From a bacterium (lineage in GTDB: Bacteria; UBA8248; JACPRG01; G963555815): a DNA stretch of 64,000 bases. The stretch spans positions 1,088,001 to 1,152,000 of the forward strand of contig OZ244653.1 in the NCBI GenBank assembly GCA_965218795.1. Reading direction: 5' to 3'. The translations under genes and the position numbers were made by a program. Position 1 is the stretch's first letter, and each line of letters begins with the position of its first letter. Under the pieces are notes generated by a model. It saw only the letters and a list, made by a program, of their open reading frames with translations. It had not been told where the DNA came from and did not search any database. Shown here in pieces: positions 1-9,470 of this stretch.

Positions 1-1091
1 GGGCCGTTCCCGGCCCGGCTTGTTACGGGAAAGGGGGCGAAGAGCCCACCGTGACCGACGCGGATCTGGTGCTCCACCGTATCGACCCGGATTTTTTCCT
101 GGACGGCCAGATGCCCCTGGACCGGAACAAGGCCCGCGCCGCCATTGAGGAGAAGGTGGCAAAACCCATGGGTCTATCGACAGAGGAAGCGGCCCTCGGG
201 ATCTCACAGAGCATCGACGGGGTCATGCAGAGCGCCATCCGGGCCTTCCTGAGCTGGAAGGGAGTGGACCCGCGCCAGACGGTCTTGTTCAGCTTCGGCG
301 GCGCCGGTCCGACGCATTGCGCCGGGTACAGCCTGGGGCTCGACGCAAAACGGGTGATCATCCCGCCCTTCGCATCCACCTTCTCCGCCTTTGGCGCGTC
401 CACCGCCGACGTGACCCGCAGATTCGAGGCGTCTCCCTATCTGGTCATCCCGGATCTCCCGTACGATATCACCCGACAACGGTTCGACGTGCAGTCGCTG
501 ACCGGGGTTCCGCACGAGACCCTGGAGCGGTTCAACGACACGATGGAACGCCTGGAAGAGCGCGCCTACGGGGACATGGAGCGGGAGGGGTTCGGCCGGG
601 AGGAACTGGAGATCCGGTACTTCCTGGAGATGCGCTACGGCGGCCAGCTCAACGAGATCACCTGCCGGGTGGCGGTGGGCCGGATCCGCCGGCCGGCGGA
701 CCTCCAGGCCATCCTCGTCTCCTTCGAGGAGGAATACGTCCGCCTGTTCCACCCCGGCACCCAATACCCCAAGGGCGGCGCGGAGATCATCACCGTGACG
801 GTCGAGGCGGCCGCCCCGCCGGTGGCCAAGCCGGTCCTGGAGCGGCAGCCGCGGGACCGGAAAGACCCGGAAGCGGCCCGGAAGGGGAAGCGGAAGGTGT
901 TGTTCCCTTCGGGCTGGCTGGATACGGACATCTATGCCGCCGATCAAATCGGGTACGGGTTCGAGGCTCCGGGGCCCGCGATCCTCGAAGGAAACGATAC
1001 GACGATCGCCGTACCCGACACCCACCGGATCACGGCGGACGCCTACGGGAATCTGATTCTGGAGACGCGCCGCCAGGGAGCTCCACCATGA
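1..1091 (+). CDS. Hydantoinase/oxoprolinase A subunit (acetone carboxylase beta-like), 5'-truncated by the window edge
   Basis: Frame is open from position 3: AVPGPACYGKGGEEPTVTDADL, FGGAGPTH, FSAFGA, MRYGGQ, GPAILE motifs. Stop overlaps the next ATG (ATGA at 1088-1091). Confidence 0.9.
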   Translation, partial: AVPGPACYGKGGEEPTVTDADLVLHRIDPDFFLDGQMPLDRNKARAAIEEKVAKPMGLSTEEAALGISQSIDGVMQSAIRAFLSWKGVDPRQTVLFSFGGAGPTHCAGYSLGLDAKRVIIPPFASTFSAFGASTADVTRRFEASPYLVIPDLPYDITRQRFDVQSLTGVPHETLERFNDTMERLEERAYGDMEREGFGREELEIRYFLEMRYGGQLNEITCRVAVGRIRRPADLQAILVSFEEEYVRLFHPGTQYPKGGAEIITVTVEAAAPPVAKPVLERQPRDRKDPEAARKGKRKVLFPSGWLDTDIYAADQIGYGFEAPGPAILEGNDTTIAVPDTHRITADAYGNLILETRRQGAPP

Positions 1092-3448
1092 CGCAGTCCG
1101 TGAAGGAACTGGATCCGTTTACGTACGAGGTCTTCTATAACCGGCTGTTCAATCTGCTCTGCGAGTCCCGAGACGTGATACGGCACCTTTCCGCGTCGGC
1201 CATCAGTCGGGAATCGGGCGAAACGGCGGAAGGCCTCTTCCTGCCGGACGGCGAACTGGTCCTGCTCTCCCCCGGCCTCCTTCTTCACCTGAACACGGTC
1301 GCTCGCGTCATCCGGTTCATGCTCCACAACCGCATGGGGGAAGACGTGGGCTTCGAGGACGGCGACCAGTTCATCTGCAACGACGCCATGGTCGCCTCGA
1401 TGCACCGGATGGACATGGCGGTTGTGGCCCCCTTCTTCTATGGAGGCGAGCTGGTGTCCTGGGTCGGGAACTACAGCCACGTCCCCGAGATCGGGGCGAC
1501 CGAGCCGGGCGGCCATCCGATGATCGCCACTGACTGCTACCACGAAGGACTCCTGCTGACCCCCGTCAAGCTGGTCGAACAGGGAAGGGTCCGCCGCGAC
1601 CTGATGGAAATGATGGCTCGGGTGGTTCGGGATCCCCGGCCCATCGAGATCGACACCAAGGCCAAGATCGCCGCGAACGAACGCACGCGCCGCAACCTGA
1701 AGCAGCTCATCGACGAGGTGGGACTCGACTTCTACATGGAGGCCTGCAAGAAGCTCATCGACGATTCCGAAGCCCAATCGCGGGAGGTCGTGAAGACCCG
1801 GCGGCCCGGAAAGTACCGAGCGCGCGTCTTCTCCGACTCCGATCTCCCGGACCGGCCCGGGCTCCGCGTCATGGAGACGGAGCTGGAGGTCGGAAGCGAC
1901 GGAAGCCTCACCCTCCGCGCGCCCGTGGTTTCCCCCCAGGCCGCGGGCTCGTACAACTGCCCCCTGCCCTGCCTTGAGGGCAATGTCTTCTGCCTGACGC
2001 TGAGCCACCTTTTTTACAAGACCCGCTGGAATGGAGGCGTCGTCCGAATCTACCGGACCGACATCCCCTACGGCTCGATCCTGAACTGCGACGAGACCGC
2101 GGCCGTCCATTACGGGACCGTCGGCGTCGGCCTTCACGCATCCTCGGCGGTCAGCGTCGCGCTCTCTCGGGCGGCCTTCGCGGCAGGCAAGCATCAGGAC
2201 ATCCTGGTCTCCTCGGCCCCGGTCAATCAGCTCCTCTACGGCGGGCTCGACCAGTTCGATCGGCGATGCGGGAAATACGTCATGGACTGCGTCTGCACGG
2301 GTGGGGGAGCGCGCTACGGGAAGGATGGGGCCGACAGCGGGGTGCACCAGGTCAACCCGTGGATCTTTTGCATCGACGTGGAAGGGACCGAGGCCATCGG
2401 GCCTCTGATCCAGCTGGGACGGCGCCATATCCCCGACTCGGGAGGCTTTGGAGCCTTTCGCGGCGGAAGCGGCGTGAGCGCCGTCCTCACCGTCCACGAC
2501 ACCAAGTTGCTTACGATCGGGAACATGGCCCAGGGCCGGTTCGTCACGCCGATCCAGGGGATGTTCGGAGGATACCCGCCGTCCGCGTCCCGGTTCCTGA
2601 AGGTCCATGACGCGGACGTGTTGAAGGCCCCGCCGGAAGACATTCCGCACGACGTCTTCGAGTTCCTGGAATACCCCTCGGGACGCCTCGAGGACCTCTA
2701 CTGCGGCTCGAAATACGTCCCCATCCAGGAAGGCGATCTCGTCGCCACCATCTACAACGGCGGAGGCGGCTTGGGCGATCCGATCGAGCGGGACCCGGAA
2801 AGCGTCCTTCAGGACGTGCGGAACAATCTGACGACCGGCGGAACGGCCCGCACGGTGAACGGCGTGGTCCTGAATCCCGACCGAACGGGGGTCCACTCAG
2901 CCGAAACGGAGAAGCTCCGTTTGCAGATGAGGGCCGGGCGGCTCGAAAGCGGAATTCCGGCGGTGGAATTCCTGAGCCGGCAAGTGGAGCGCCGGATGAA
3001 CCGGGACTACCCCGCCCCGACGCTGGCGCTTTACGATCAACTCCTCGGAACCGGCTGGTCCGAGACCTTTCGCGATCAACTCGCGTTCGAGGAACGGGTG
3101 GCGCGGGGAAACGCGGGCCCCAAGCCCTTCGAATTGCAGGATCCGGACCGCCTCGAAATTCCGCTCACTCCGTACGTCAACGTGATGGAAGACGCTCGGG
3201 GGCGCCGGGCCTGTGTTTGCGCCTGCTGCGGGCATGTCTACGGACCGGCGGCCGAAAACTACAAGCTCGGGTGCCTCATCAAGGAGCGCAACCCGGAAGA
3301 GCTCCAAAGACCCTTTGCGCCGGATCCGGATTGGCTGGTCTATCGGGAGTTCTACTGCCCGGGATGCGGAGTACAGGTGGAAGTCGAATCCACGCCGTCC
3401 TGCATGCCCATCCTGTTTGACGTTGAACTGGACGAGCTGACGCAATGA
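1088..3448 (+). CDS. Hydantoinase B/oxoprolinase (acetone/acetophenone carboxylase alpha-like) with fused C-terminal acetone carboxylase gamma-like Zn domain
   Basis: Start MTQSVKELDPFTYEV; HRMD, HVPEIG, DSGGFGAFRGG, GGGGLGDPIERD motifs; C-terminal CACCGH...NYKLG...REFYCPGCG. Confidence 0.88.
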   Translation: MTQSVKELDPFTYEVFYNRLFNLLCESRDVIRHLSASAISRESGETAEGLFLPDGELVLLSPGLLLHLNTVARVIRFMLHNRMGEDVGFEDGDQFICNDAMVASMHRMDMAVVAPFFYGGELVSWVGNYSHVPEIGATEPGGHPMIATDCYHEGLLLTPVKLVEQGRVRRDLMEMMARVVRDPRPIEIDTKAKIAANERTRRNLKQLIDEVGLDFYMEACKKLIDDSEAQSREVVKTRRPGKYRARVFSDSDLPDRPGLRVMETELEVGSDGSLTLRAPVVSPQAAGSYNCPLPCLEGNVFCLTLSHLFYKTRWNGGVVRIYRTDIPYGSILNCDETAAVHYGTVGVGLHASSAVSVALSRAAFAAGKHQDILVSSAPVNQLLYGGLDQFDRRCGKYVMDCVCTGGGARYGKDGADSGVHQVNPWIFCIDVEGTEAIGPLIQLGRRHIPDSGGFGAFRGGSGVSAVLTVHDTKLLTIGNMAQGRFVTPIQGMFGGYPPSASRFLKVHDADVLKAPPEDIPHDVFEFLEYPSGRLEDLYCGSKYVPIQEGDLVATIYNGGGGLGDPIERDPESVLQDVRNNLTTGGTARTVNGVVLNPDRTGVHSAETEKLRLQMRAGRLESGIPAVEFLSRQVERRMNRDYPAPTLALYDQLLGTGWSETFRDQLAFEERVARGNAGPKPFELQDPDRLEIPLTPYVNVMEDARGRRACVCACCGHVYGPAAENYKLGCLIKERNPEELQRPFAPDPDWLVYREFYCPGCGVQVEVESTPSCMPILFDVELDELTQ

Positions 3449-3908
3449 CCCGGAGACCCCGCATGAGCCTCGCCAGGCCCTTCCGGCGTCTGATCCGGTG
3501 TACGGAGTCGGAAATAACTGTAATTGACGAAAATATCGGGACTATCCGGGACTTGGTGGGATATTCCGGGATCTGAAGGGGTTTTTCATGACGGCGCGCC
3601 GCAAAAGATGATTTGAGAATGCTGATTTGCGTTGAAAAGGCGGACCGCAACTTTTTGGCTTAGATCGTCTAAATGGGCCGTAACAAGCGGCTTTTCCGGG
3701 ACTTTTGTAAAGAAAAAGGGGTCGAAAGGGCCGCGGATTTATGATGGGCAGACAACGCGCCGCGGCCGCAACAGAAGCGTGATGGCCGGCGGGGTTCTGG
3801 CCCGAAAAGAACTAACTGTAAATTTGTTGGCAGGTTCGGATGAAAAAGGCCCCGGAAACGCTTTTTCATGGGCGATTCAGGGGACTTTTTTGTGGGGATA
3901 TTTTACTT

Positions 3909-3931
3909 GTCATTCCCGTGGAAGCAGGAAC
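3909..3931 (+). repeat. Degenerate GTCATTCC-type REP-like palindromic repeat
   Basis: gtcattcccgtggaagcaggaac, similar to the copies at 36297 and 58664. Confidence 0.5.
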
Positions 3932-4374
3932 GACCAAGAGCCTGCCCCTGCATGGTTTCAGCAGGGGGGCACACCAACCCGAAAGTCATTCATTTAGTAA
4001 AGTGTCTCCGGAATCCGCGCCCGATTTACAATTATTTCTGTTCGGCTATACTGACTTCGGATATAATCTCCTCCGGCTGGTCGAGGGCGTGGAAACCACC
4101 CGGGCCGTGAACGAGCACGCGCGGGAGATGCTGGAAGGAGCGGGACGGCGAAACCGCCCCGGTGTTGAGCTACCGTTTCAGGGGAACCGGTTCATCGTCA
4201 GAGCCGCCGACGTTCTTCTGTCTTCGTATTCGGGAGACAGCTCAGGAAGAGCCTGATCAGCTCGATGTTTCAGTCACTTCCTGCCACATAGGGGTTATCG
4301 GTTAATGAAGTGGGCGCCTTCAGTGCCAGAAACAGGCTGTTTTCGTAACGTTCACCAAAGGCAAGGAACCCGGC

Positions 4375-5425
4375 ATGGACATTCGTAAAATTGCCTATGC
4401 CATCAACGAAAAAGCCCAAGCGTATCAAATGGGTAACTTCCAGAATATACGCAAAGAACTAAAAAACCTGAAAAAAAAAGCTTCTAGTACGATTTTCAGC
4501 GACGAAACTATCTTCAGCGACGAAACTATTAATGAGCATTACGCCTTTCACTATGGAGGTCGTAAGGAGATTCAATTCAACATTGGATTTGAAGAAATCA
4601 ATGGTTCGTATATGTTCCGCCACGGTCTGGCCTTTTCACTCAAGCCTGGCCCTGCTTTACACAGAAACAAGATAATGGAGATATTCCAGGGGAAAATAGA
4701 GCGTTTCAATGAGTATATTCGGGCAAATGCTACAGAATTCTCGGATATGGAAATGTGGCATTACGACGTCGAGCGCAGTAAATATTACTCCATCCGTGCA
4801 GTGCCACCAGAGTTATCCAAGCCTGACATCTTCATTTTTATAGGGAAACGAGAGAAAACAGATAGCCCTGATATCGATCTCATTCTCAGAGACTTTTGCC
4901 GGCTTCTCCTGCTCTATAGATTCGTCGAAGGTAAGGCCTCTACTCTCCCCATTACAAGCAATTCCGAGCGTGTCTTTAAGTTTCAACCTGGCCATTCTCC
5001 GGGCCAGCAATCGACTACCACGATGACCACTGCCGAGCAGACTCGCGATATGATTCTGCGTCACAATGATCTGCAGGAGGCGCTTCACAAATGCCTAGTA
5101 AGTCGTCATGGCAAGGCACACGTAGGAACTGAAAATCCCGCTGGAGGAGGGGGCTACATTGACTTGGTGGTTAAGACGGAAGACGAACTCATTTTTTATG
5201 AAATCAAAACCGACGCCTCTATTCAATCCTGCATCCGTGATGGGATCGGCCAGCTTCTCGAATACTCCTTTTGGGGGGGGCGATTGCCATGTAACCAAGC
5301 TCGTGCTGGTGACGGAGAATGAGGGCACGGAAGAAGCGAAAATTTACCTGCAACTGCTGCGAGAGAAATTCCACTTGCCCATCTATCACCAACGATTTGA
5401 TCTAGACACCAGGACTCTCCGTTAA
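4375..5425 (+). pseudogene. PD-(D/E)XK nuclease-domain protein, frameshifted at a G8 tract (5273-5280)
   Basis: HNDLQ...EN...IDLVV...FYEIK...IGQLLEY nuclease motifs. Removing one G joins ORF 4375-5322 to the tail KLVLVTENE...LREKFHLPIYHQRFD (stop 5425), giving 349 aa. AT-rich relative to neighbours. Confidence 0.72.
4495..4529 (+). repeat. 18-bp-period tandem duplication (TIFSDE x2) inside the nuclease gene
   Basis: ttcagcgacgaaactat at 4495-4511 and 4513-4529. Confidence 0.85.
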
Positions 5426-5911
5426 GATGATGAGTGGTAGAGAGATATCATCACCACGGGAACTTCCCATGGGCGAAAACCTAGACGGCGAGAAAGTCGC
5501 GCTGTCATCCGGGGGTTCTCCTGCTCCCTTTGAATGATATCTTCTGTTCGGAAAGATGCCTAGTCGTAAACACACATCCCTATCTATGCTGATGCTTTTT
5601 TCGTCCTTGTTTTCCGCCTTTGCAGGATACGGCCCAATGGCTCTTCAAGCCTTCCAAAAATCAATCATTAAGTAGGGTGTCCCGAGAATCCCCGGATGAG
5701 CGTCGCCTTGGTCGGAAAGCTGATCGGCCACCGCCGGCATCGAGCGCGGTCGATGCACACGCCCCTTTCAACTCCCTTTTAGGGGCTTTACACGGCGATT
5801 TCCAGGCCATTCTCAATGATTTTTGCTCCGCTGCAACCGGACGCTGGCAACGGCGCCGACGCTTGCGCTGATTCTCTTTGCATGTCCCGCCCGCGCGAGA
5901 CAGGTCAAAAA

Positions 5912-5928
5912 CCTGCGCTCGGAATGAC
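5912..5928 (-). repeat. REP-like half element gtcattccgagcgcagg
   Basis: Exact 17-bp reverse complement of 49756-49772; both copies are intergenic. Confidence 0.55.
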
Positions 5929-6088
5929 GGATGAGGTCTGATTCGCCGTCCCTTGAGCTGGAACGGGACCTTTCGAGTGGAATGAATGCGCGTAATGTCC
6001 AAGTCTGCGGCCACATTCCAAACCATCGGAATGATCCGCAACCTTCCTGGAGCGTGTCTCCTGAAGTTGGATTTTCCCTTCGCTCCTG

Positions 6089-7027
6089 CTAGAGCCGATC
6101 CATGTAGGCCGCCATGCGGCGGCGGGTCTTGGCGTCGGGCAGGCGACCGTAGGCCGCTCCCATGTTGTCCACGAGGTGTCTCGGCTTGGTCGTGGCGGGA
6201 ATGGCGCACGTGCAGGCCGGATTGGACACCAGATACTTCAGGAAGAACTGACCCCAGCTCCGGATGTCGAACTCCTTCGCCCAATCCGGAACCGGCTTCC
6301 CCTTCACCATTCTGAACAGGCCTCCCCGCCCGTACGGCGTATGGGCGATGACCGCGGTGCCGTGCTCCATGGCGGCGGGCAGCAACCGCGCCTCGGCTTC
6401 CCGATCGACAATCGAGTAGGGAATCTCTATGAAGTCGAGGCCGTCCCGCTTGATGATCTCCGCGATGTCGTCAAATGCGCCGGAAGTATAGTGGGTCACG
6501 CCGTCATACCGGATCCGCCCCTCCTTTTTCCAATCCTTGAGGGTGCTCAGCTGCGTCCGCCAGTCCGATAGGTTGTGAACCTGGATGAGGTCGATCCGGT
6601 CGGTCCCCATCCTTCTCATGGACTGCTCCATCTGCCGGATTCCCGACCGCTTGCCGCGGGTCCAGACCTTCGTCGCGTAAAAAAGGGACTTTCCGATATC
6701 GAACTCGGACGCGAGCGCTCCGATCACCGCCTCCGCGTAGCCGTACATGGGAGAGGAGTCGACCAACGTACCGCCGCGCTCCACGAACAGCCGCATGACG
6801 TCCAGCAACGGGGAGGCGAGCGCCTGTTCGGGCGTCACGTCGAACGTCCGGGCCGTGCCCAGACCGATAACCGGGATCTTTTCTCCGGATCTGGGAATCG
6901 GCTTTTTCAGGAGGATTCCAGCGTTTCCTTCGACTGCGTGTTCACCCATCAGCCACCACGCGCCCGCCCCGGCCATCATCTTCAATGCGGTTCTGCGTGA
7001 GATTGCAAACCTCGGTGTCGGCTTCAT
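6089..7027 (-). CDS. Aldo/keto reductase with twin-arginine signal peptide
   Basis: SRRTALK Tat-like motif; IGLGT, DSSPMYG, ATKVW, IDLIQVHN, AIPAT motifs. Confidence 0.9.
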   Translation of the reverse strand: MKPTPRFAISRRTALKMMAGAGAWWLMGEHAVEGNAGILLKKPIPRSGEKIPVIGLGTARTFDVTPEQALASPLLDVMRLFVERGGTLVDSSPMYGYAEAVIGALASEFDIGKSLFYATKVWTRGKRSGIRQMEQSMRRMGTDRIDLIQVHNLSDWRTQLSTLKDWKKEGRIRYDGVTHYTSGAFDDIAEIIKRDGLDFIEIPYSIVDREAEARLLPAAMEHGTAVIAHTPYGRGGLFRMVKGKPVPDWAKEFDIRSWGQFFLKYLVSNPACTCAIPATTKPRHLVDNMGAAYGRLPDAKTRRRMAAYMDRL

Positions 7028-7183
7028 TTCTCAGGTTCTCCCCTTCTCCGGTGGATTTGGCTGAGCAACCGGCCTTTCCGAACGGGTCTCGATCGCGGGG
7101 TAGTCCATATCAGCCCGACCGACCGAAGAGCGGCCGGCGGTTATCGTCTGCGGGTTCAGGATCACTTGCGAATCGCCAAGGTC

Positions 7184-7330
7184 TCAATCCGGGAGCCCAG
7201 CCTTGCGCAGCGTATCGATTTCCCGCTTCAACGCCTTCGGGTCTTTAAAGAAAAATCCCTTCCTCCCGGAGAACCCATTGGCCAAGTATTCAGCATACCG
7301 GGAAACGCTCTTTTCAGGATCAACCCAGAT
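7184..7330 (-). pseudogene. Orphan C-terminal remnant of an adenylate cyclase/TolB-TPR-type protein
   Basis: FKDPKALKREIDTLRKAGLPD* resembles the typical ...LRKAGLP(E/D) ending of these proteins; no matching upstream gene body. Confidence 0.5.
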
Positions 7331-8708
7331 CAGACGGATGGACGGTCTGTTCCGGGGCCGTTCGAAGGATTTCCTGCCTCTTGCCCAGAGCCAATCCCGT
7401 GAAAAGCCAAAGGGCCGCAATGGGAACGGCAATCAAAGAGATCGCCGAAAGGCCGAGACCCATCCCCGAGAGGCCCGCGAACACCCACCCACTCACGGCA
7501 TCGCCCCCGCGATAGACGACGGTGTCGATGAAATTCTTCGACTTGTACTTCTCTTCCCGTCCGACCACGGTGAACAGAATCTCGCGCGCGGGTCTGGCGA
7601 TCGCGAAGTTTCCGGCCCGCCGGACGACCTGGAAGGCCACCAGCATTCCCAGAATCGGGAAGAGTCCGAGACCTCCGAATCCGATCATCACGAGGCCGGG
7701 CAGCAGGGCCAGGGTGACTGGAACACCCAACCCGGCCACGAGCCTCCCGGTCAGAAAGAGTTGCGTTGCGAGGGTCAGCAGGTTCACTCCGAGATTCATC
7801 GCGGCGAAGAGAGCCGTCCGTTTCACCGGGTCGTCGAAGGCGTTCCGTACGATGTGGGCCTGCTCGAAATAAAGAAACGTCGAGAGCGTCGTAAAAAACA
7901 GAATGTACAGACAGATGCCGAGGAGATAGGGCGACCGGAAGACGAGCTTGACGCCCGCCAGGATCCCGCCGCCGATGGCCGCTTCGCCTGGACTCTCTGG
8001 CCCCGATTGCGCACTTGCGCCTTCAACCGCCACGGGGGCAGAGTCCGCCCGCCCGATTCGGTCGGCCCAACGAATCAGCCGGTGGATGCAGACGACCGCC
8101 CCGCCCAGCAACAGCGCGGATATCAAGAGCAGGTTGGCGAGGCCGATCCGCAAAACGAGAAACGCCGTCACCGATGAACCGACGACCGCCCCCGCGCTCC
8201 CTCCCGCCGCGATGAACCCGAACAGCCTGCGCGCCTGCTCGTTGGTGAACAGGTCCGCCATGAAGCTCCAGAAGACCGAAACCACGAACAGGCTGAAGAC
8301 GCTTACCCAGATGAAGAACGCCGGGGCCACGTAGGCGATGTGCGAATTCGTCAGAAAGAGCAGATAAAAGATGACAATATGGGTGATGAAAAAATAATAG
8401 ACGAGAGGAAGAAGTTTCTTCCGGGGAAACCGCGCGACGGCCGCGCCGAAGATCGGCACCGCGGCGATCATCGCCAAAAACGTCCCTGCAAAGACCCACT
8501 GAAGGTTTCTCACCCCGCCCGCGATCCCCATCTCCTCCCGGACCGGCCGCAGGATGTAATAGCTGCAAAGAAGACAGAAAAAATAGGCGAACGACAAGAG
8601 AAGCGCCCTGACTTCGCCCTCTTCGACGTTGACGATCCGGGCGAGCAGGTTTGGCGGCCGCAGGCGGTTTCCCGGTTCCCCCCTATTGTCTTTTATCCCT
8701 TGACGCAT
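7320..8708 (-). CDS. MFS transporter of the NTP/NDP-exchange (AAA/TLC-like) family
   Basis: About 12 hydrophobic segments; YYILRPVRE, SVFWSFMAD, EEKYKSKNFIDTVVYRGGD motifs. ORF is open to 8759. Confidence 0.85.
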   Translation of the reverse strand: MRQGIKDNRGEPGNRLRPPNLLARIVNVEEGEVRALLLSFAYFFCLLCSYYILRPVREEMGIAGGVRNLQWVFAGTFLAMIAAVPIFGAAVARFPRKKLLPLVYYFFITHIVIFYLLFLTNSHIAYVAPAFFIWVSVFSLFVVSVFWSFMADLFTNEQARRLFGFIAAGGSAGAVVGSSVTAFLVLRIGLANLLLISALLLGGAVVCIHRLIRWADRIGRADSAPVAVEGASAQSGPESPGEAAIGGGILAGVKLVFRSPYLLGICLYILFFTTLSTFLYFEQAHIVRNAFDDPVKRTALFAAMNLGVNLLTLATQLFLTGRLVAGLGVPVTLALLPGLVMIGFGGLGLFPILGMLVAFQVVRRAGNFAIARPAREILFTVVGREEKYKSKNFIDTVVYRGGDAVSGWVFAGLSGMGLGLSAISLIAVPIAALWLFTGLALGKRQEILRTAPEQTVHPSDLG

Positions 8709-8715
8709 GATCAGA

Positions 8716-9467
8716 TCAGGTTTGTGTCCCCCGGAGGGTGACTGGTTCGATCGGATCACCGTCTACTCGATAGGCTTTAAAAACGTGTTTCCGCCCAGCG
8801 TTTGGATTGGCCACCAGTGTTGTGCCAAGTTCCTTCGTCTGTAGGTTGAAGTTGTAGGCGATCACTATCCGCTCGATTTCCCGCCTTGCCGGAACCGCGA
8901 TTTTCCGAAGGTCAGGATCAATCGGCATGTCCGCAGGCAGGATCAATGTCCGCCGGTGGGCGGTACCCTCCGCCAGCGCGAACGGTGTCGGCGCTACATA
9001 CATCTTCCGGTCGCGGACTAAGATATCGCCGTAGCTCCCAAACCCACGAAAGCTTCTGTTTTTATGCACATAGGTGTTGTCGGCATTTAGAAAGCTGCCG
9101 TGACATACAACTAGATCAAGGACCGGATATCGGTTTCCATCTGGCTTGTTCGGGTAGCGTCCGAAAACATAAAGGATTCGTCGGCCATTATGTTCGCCGC
9201 ATGGAACCTGACTGTTGCAATCGTAGTCCACCTCCCGGCCTGGGTAGGCAAGTCCCTTTAGTTCATAGCCTTCGGCGAAGCGCACAAGCCGAAAATCCGG
9301 ATAGGTGTTGCGGCCTGGTTCATCGAAATTCTCACCGATGCACTGAAGCCGCGCCTTGAACCAATTCTGAAAATGAAACTCTTTGTCATAGCGGCCTTCG
9401 CGCCCAATCAATTCCCATCCCGGATGGCGCGGACACACTCTTTGAAGACTTTAGACGCCAGAGACAT
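8716..9467 (-). pseudogene. Putative restriction endonuclease (PD...ExK) of an R-M pair, frameshifted near its 5' end
   Basis: ATG at 9467 reads MSLASKVFKECVRAIRDG; one missing base near 9414-9416 restores ELIGREGRYDKEFHFQNWF...YPDFRL...YELKG (250 aa). Starts 3 bp after the methylase stop. Confidence 0.65.
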
Positions 9468-9470
9468 ACG

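Noticed and set aside
317-1087. N-terminal 257-aa extension of the 1043-aa ORF
   Set aside because: Overlaps the HyuA gene in another frame and is Arg/Pro/Gly-rich shadow sequence; the real start is ATG 1088.
3840-4256. 138-aa ORF upstream of the nuclease
   Set aside because: Only 4070-4150 has coding-like bias and the 5' part runs through a REP-like repeat; probably a gene scrap that I cannot assign.
5430-5540. DIITTGT resembling a fumarylacetoacetate hydrolase motif
   Set aside because: Seven-residue match with no supporting frame; may be chance.
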